Shown here: positions 59,759-64,000 of the stretch, in pieces
Layout of the letters: each line of letters starts with the position of its first letter
Numbering within the stretch: the stretch's first letter is position 1
DNA from: an uncultured Actinomycetota bacterium
GTDB taxonomy: Bacteria; Actinomycetota; Actinomycetes; JAFAQI01
Length of the DNA: 64,000 nucleotides
Direction of reading: 5' to 3'
Assembly: GCA_963770565.1 (NCBI GenBank)
Contig: CAVYQE010000001.1
Location: forward strand, 128,001 to 192,000
Made by a program: the position numbers and the translations under genes
The notes under the pieces: generated by a model
Database searches by the model: none
What the model saw: the letters and a program-made list of their open reading frames with translations, nothing else
Told to the model about the DNA's origin: nothing

Positions 59759-60319
59759 CGGGGATGGCGAGCCAAGGCCGCGGGAAATCGAGACGAACAG
59801 GCGCGTCGGCGGGGGCGCCGCGCGAGACCGCATTGTACCGGCCCGGCCGCGGATCGCCAGGGATTCTCCGGCGCGGAGCATGTGAGGCCGAGCGGTGACA
59901 CGATCGTTGCCAAGAAATCTTGCCACACTCTTCTGTGATTACCCCTGAGGCGCTGTCGCCGTGGCATGGTATCATGGCGAACCGCTCGGTGAGCCGACCG
60001 CCCCGCGCCGACTGCCCCAGCGCCGACTGCCCCAGCGCCGATCGGCGTGCAGGCAGCGCGGGAGCAGGCAGCGTGCGAACCGAAGGCCGCCGAGTCCGCG
60101 GGGCGCTGCAGTCGCGGCAGCGGTCTGCCGATACTATTTCGGTGGCCGGCGATTTGCCGGCGCGCCGCCAAATCACTACGGCTCTCCTCGGCATCAGGGA
60201 CTCCTGCCCCAGTCCCCGCAGGGGAGAGCCGTTTTTCATGCGATCGCAGCGGTTGCCGGCGGCGGATCTGCGGCGACGGATCGGCGGCGCGCGTTGCGGC
60301 AACGCCGAAAATGGGCGTC

Positions 60320-60496
60320 TCTCCGCGAGCAGCAGCCGGGGACTGGGGCATTTTCCGGCCGGCGTTGCCAAATGGGGTCGGGAGTCGATTTCGCCGTCGG
60401 AACGATCGGCAGCGCTAACCGGCATCATGGCGAAATCGACACCGACGTCTTTCGCGGCGAGCAGCCTCTCGCCGCGGCCGGTTCTTGGACAGACGC
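60320..60496. mobile_element. MITE family A copy (reverse orientation) with inverted central loop
   Basis: GTTGCCAAATGGGGTCGGGAGTCGATTTCGCC ... GGCGAAATCGAC ... CCGGTTCTTGGACAG; shares AAAATGCCCCAGTCC with the 27178 copy. Confidence 0.75.
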
Positions 60497-61192
60497 CTGA
60501 TCCGAAGGCAACCGCCGCGGATCAATCCGCCGAGCGGGTGGGATGGGTGTCGGGGGCGTCGGCGCGCGCGGCGCAAGCGGGGCCTGCTCCTCCGCGATGA
60601 GCACGGCCCGGACGAGTTCGGCCAAAGAGTCGACTTGCATTTTTTTCATGAGGGCGGCCCGCCGCGCTTCGACCGTCCGCAAGCCGAGGCCCAGTTCGGC
60701 GGCTACGGTTTTGTTCGCCTTGCCGGCCAACAGCCGATGCAGAATCTCGACTTCGCCGGGGGTCAGCGTAGCGCGGCGGGCGACGATCGCGCCGAGATCG
60801 CGGCGCTGTTGCTCGCAACGCGATTCCGCGTCGAGGGCGGCTTGAACGCTTTGCCAAAGTTCCTGGGTGGGGCAAGGCTTTTCCAAGAAGGTGATCGCGC
60901 CGTTTCGCATCGCGCGCACAGCCATCGGAATGTCGGCAAAGCCGGTGATGACGATCACGGGCAGCGGGTCGCCCTGGGCCGCGAGTCGCTGCTGCAAATC
61001 GAGGCCGCTCATCCCGGCCATGCGGACATCGGCGATCAGGCAGCCGCGCCGGCCGGGCCGATAGGCCGCGAGAAATTCCTCAGCCGAGGCAAAGGCCTCG
61101 GCGGCGAGACCGTGCGAGCCGGCGAGCGCGGCTACCGAGCCGCGGGCTGCCGGGTCGTCGTCAACGATGAACACCGTGACGCTATTGTCCAT
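60425..61192 (-). CDS. FixJ/LuxR-family response regulator (true stop probably near 60570)
   Basis: VFIVDDD, DVRMAGMSG, ITGFADIPMAVRAM, FLEKP, LuxR-type HTH GKANKTVA..TVEARRA. Confidence 0.92.
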   Translation of the reverse strand: MDNSVTVFIVDDDPAARGSVAALAGSHGLAAEAFASAEEFLAAYRPGRRGCLIADVRMAGMSGLDLQQRLAAQGDPLPVIVITGFADIPMAVRAMRNGAITFLEKPCPTQELWQSVQAALDAESRCEQQRRDLGAIVARRATLTPGEVEILHRLLAGKANKTVAAELGLGLRTVEARRAALMKKMQVDSLAELVRAVLIAEEQAPLAPRAPTPPTPIPPARRIDPRRLPSDQASVQEPAAARGCSPRKTSVSISP

Positions 61193-62790
61193 GAGCAGCT
61201 TCCTGAGTGGCGACGGGCAACGTGAATTGAAACGTCAATCCGCGATCGGGATTGGGAATCGCCTCCATATGGCCGCCGTGGGCCTCGACAATCGAATGGC
61301 TGATGGAAAGCCCCATGCCCATGCCGTTGGCCTTGGTGGTGAAAAACGGCTCGAACAAGCGATTGAGTTCCCGTTCGCTCAAGCCGCGCCCCTCGTCGCG
61401 GACCGCGATCCGCACCGCGCCGCTGGACAGCAACTCGGTCCGCACGACGAGCGGCCTCCGCGGAGCCGGTTGTCCGGCCATCGCCTCCAGCGCATTGCGC
61501 AAGAGATTGACGAGCACCTGCTCGATCTGCACGCGATCGACGTTGACCGGCGGGGTGTCGGCCAACCGCAATTGCAGATCGACGGCCTCCATCCGCTCGC
61601 CGAAGCTCAACAGCCCGACCACCGCGCGGATGATTTCGTTGACGTCGGCGGGGGCCAATTTGGCGGGCGACTTGCGTACGAAGCGGCCGATGCGGCGGAT
61701 GATCTCGCCGGCCCGATTGGCTTGCCGGGCGATCTGGTCGAGCCAGGCGACGATCTCGCCCCCGACGGTCCCTTGCGATCGGAGGAGTTGCAGCGAAGCC
61801 TCGGCGAAATTCGAAATCGCATAGAGCGGCTGACTGATTTCGTGGGAAACTTCCGACATGAGTTCGCCCATTGTTTGCAAGCGCGTGACATGGGCCGTCT
61901 CGGCCAAATGCCGCCGGGCCTGTTCCTGAATCCGGCGCCGATCGGCGACGTCGCGGAGCACGTGCTCGAGCGCCGGCAGCCCCTCGTCGAGGCAGAGGGC
62001 GACGATCGTTTCGACTTCGACCACCTCGCCATCGAGCCGCACGATTTGCTCTTCGACCAAACGCGCCGGGCGGCGATGGTCCAGAACCTCCGCGGACCGC
62101 CGGCCGACCGCCGCACGATCGTCGGGATGAACGAAATCGAGAAACGGCCGCCCGGTCACGTCCGCCGGGCCCGCGGCGCCGAGCAAGCGAATCCCCGCGC
62201 CGTTGACATAGACGATCCGGTCGTCGCGGGTGACGAAGATCGCGTCGGGGGCATCATCGACGAGTTGTCGATAGCGGTGCTCGCTTTGCCGGAGCCGTTC
62301 GTCGGCGGCGCGGCGCTGGTCGCGGAGACCTTTTTCCTCGAGCGCCTCGCGAAGCGCCGCCGCGAGGCCGCCGAGTCGCTCGCGCGCGAGATAATTCGCG
62401 GCCCCACGTTTGACGTGGCGGACGGCCGCCTCGGGGTCGGGGCGATCCGCAATGACAATCAGCGGAATATCGAGTTGCCGAGCCTGGAGCAGCTCGAGCG
62501 CCTCGGCGGCGCCGAAGCGCGGCCCGCCGAGGTGCGCTCGGTCAGTGTGTGCATCGTCGGCATCTGCACCGCCGACCCGCGGCCCGCGGTCGGCGGCCAG
62601 AATCGCCACGGGCCGCTCGTCCCGTTCGAGGCGGATCAGGCAATCGGCGGCGTCGGCCGCGCCTGCCAGCGCGGGTTCAGTCCGGCTTGGCGCAAGGCCT
62701 CGACGATTTGCCCGGCCTCCGCATCGCGCTGTTCGATGATGAGCAGATTCAGGTCCAAGAAATCAAACCGCCAGGCTGGCGAAATGGGGA
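61182..62790 (-). CDS. FixL-like sensor histidine kinase (REC-like + PAS + HisKA/HATPase; 5' part frameshifted)
   Basis: PAS LVDDAPDAI..FVHPDD, H-box SHEISQPL, NLLRNA, FFTTKANGMGMGL. Confidence 0.9.
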
Positions 62791-62911
62791 CAAAACGACG
62801 CCGCGTCGGCGACCGAGGGCCACGTCGATCAGCCGCGGAATACAATACCGGGGATCGAGCGCCTCTCGGACGGTGAAACCGCCAAGACGCCAAGACGCCA
62901 AGTTGGTTGCA

Positions 62912-64000
62912 TTATGTTCGAGAATCGAGCGCCTCCCGGACCGCTGTGGCAGCGACGCCCCCGACCAGCTCGACTTCGCCTAGCCGCGTGGGAAGCACGA
63001 ACCGGAGTTGCCCCTGTGCGGCTTTTTTGTCGCGCGCCATCGCGGCGACCAGCGCCGCGTGATCGATCGGCGGCAGCGCGACGGGAAGCCCCAACGCCGT
63101 CAGCAGCGCTTGCTGCCGGCCGACGAATTCCGCATCGACCCGCCCCAGCCGCCGGGCCAATCGGGCCGCGCACATCATGCCGATCGCGACGGCCTCGCCG
63201 TGCAGCAGCGCGCCGTAGCCGGCGACGGCTTCCAGGGCGTGACCGAACGTGTGTCCATAATTCAAGGCGGCCCGGCGCCAGCCGGTCTCGCGCTCGTCGG
63301 CCTCGACCACGTCGGCCTTCAGGCGGCAGCAGCGGGCGATCACCGTCGCCAGCGCGGCCGGCCGACGATCGTTGATCTCCGCCACCTGGGCTTCCAAAGA
63401 GGCAAAAAACTCGGCGTCGAGGATCACGCCGTATTTGACGACCTCGGCCAACCGCCGAGACAAACTCCCGGCGCGGCAAACTGCCCAGCACTGCGGTGTC
63501 GATCAACACGCCGATCGGCTGCCAAAAGGCGCCGACCATGTTTTTCGCGCCCGGCAGATTGATTCCGACCTTGCCCCCCACCGAGCTATCGACCTGGGCC
63601 AGCAGAGTGGTCGGGATTTGCAGGAGGCGAATTCCGCGGGCGAACGTGGCCGCGACGAAGCCGGCCAAATCGCCGATCACTCCGCCGCCCAGCGCCGCGA
63701 CCACGGTCTGGCGATCGGCGCCGAGGCGAAGCAGATTCTCCCAGGTCGAGGCGGCCACCGCGGCCCGCTTCGACGGCTCGCCCGCCTCGATCACCACCTG
63801 ATCGACGGTCGCGGGGGCGTGGGCCAGGCTCTCGGCCACCGCCGCGGCATACAGCGGAGCCACATGGGAATCGGTGATCAGCACGACATGCGCGGCGCCG
63901 CCGAGCCCGGCCAGGAATGCGCCGGCCTCCGCCAGATTGCCGGCGCCGATTGCGATCGGATAGCTCCGCGATTCCAAGGCGACGCGGATGGTTTGCGTGG
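62912..64000 (-). CDS. aroB: 3-dehydroquinate synthase (start at or just beyond the window edge; frameshift ~63450)
   Basis: GGGVIGDLAGF, PTTLLAQVDSSVGGK, EVVKYG, LNYGHTFGHALE, HGEAV, DKK. Confidence 0.97.

Overview
GC-rich bacterial chromosomal segment, most likely Planctomycetota (Pirellulales-like). The taxonomy is inferred from prenyltransferase-repeat paralogs, PEP-CTERM proteins, a PQQ-like propeller gene and dense intergenic palindromes. The backbone is housekeeping: rho, rpsB-tsf-pyrH-frr, a full F0F1 atp operon, tkt, rpmA-obgE-coaX-mnmE, dprA, a FixLJ-like pair and aroB. Many genes, including essential ones, carry frameshifts that look like long-read indel errors, so boundaries of frameshifted genes are approximate. 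The notable content is in three parts. (1) A very dense set of non-coding mobile repeats with no transposase in the window: a MITE family with TAGGCTGTG ends and 9-bp target duplications (4 copies), and a ~170-bp IS5-like CTAG-associated MITE (~13 copies, including a 4-unit tandem array and two copies with the central 33 bp inverted). (2) A ~300-bp structured repeat in a 4-unit tandem array with a fifth dispersed copy, plus several REP-like and heptamer families. (3) A candidate conflict/defence islet at 28.7-35.4 kb: ABC ATPase + TOPRIM protein, SNF2 helicase + Zn-ribbon partner, an antitoxin remnant and an R2K-type ATP-grasp protein. No CRISPR array, tRNA or rRNA was seen.
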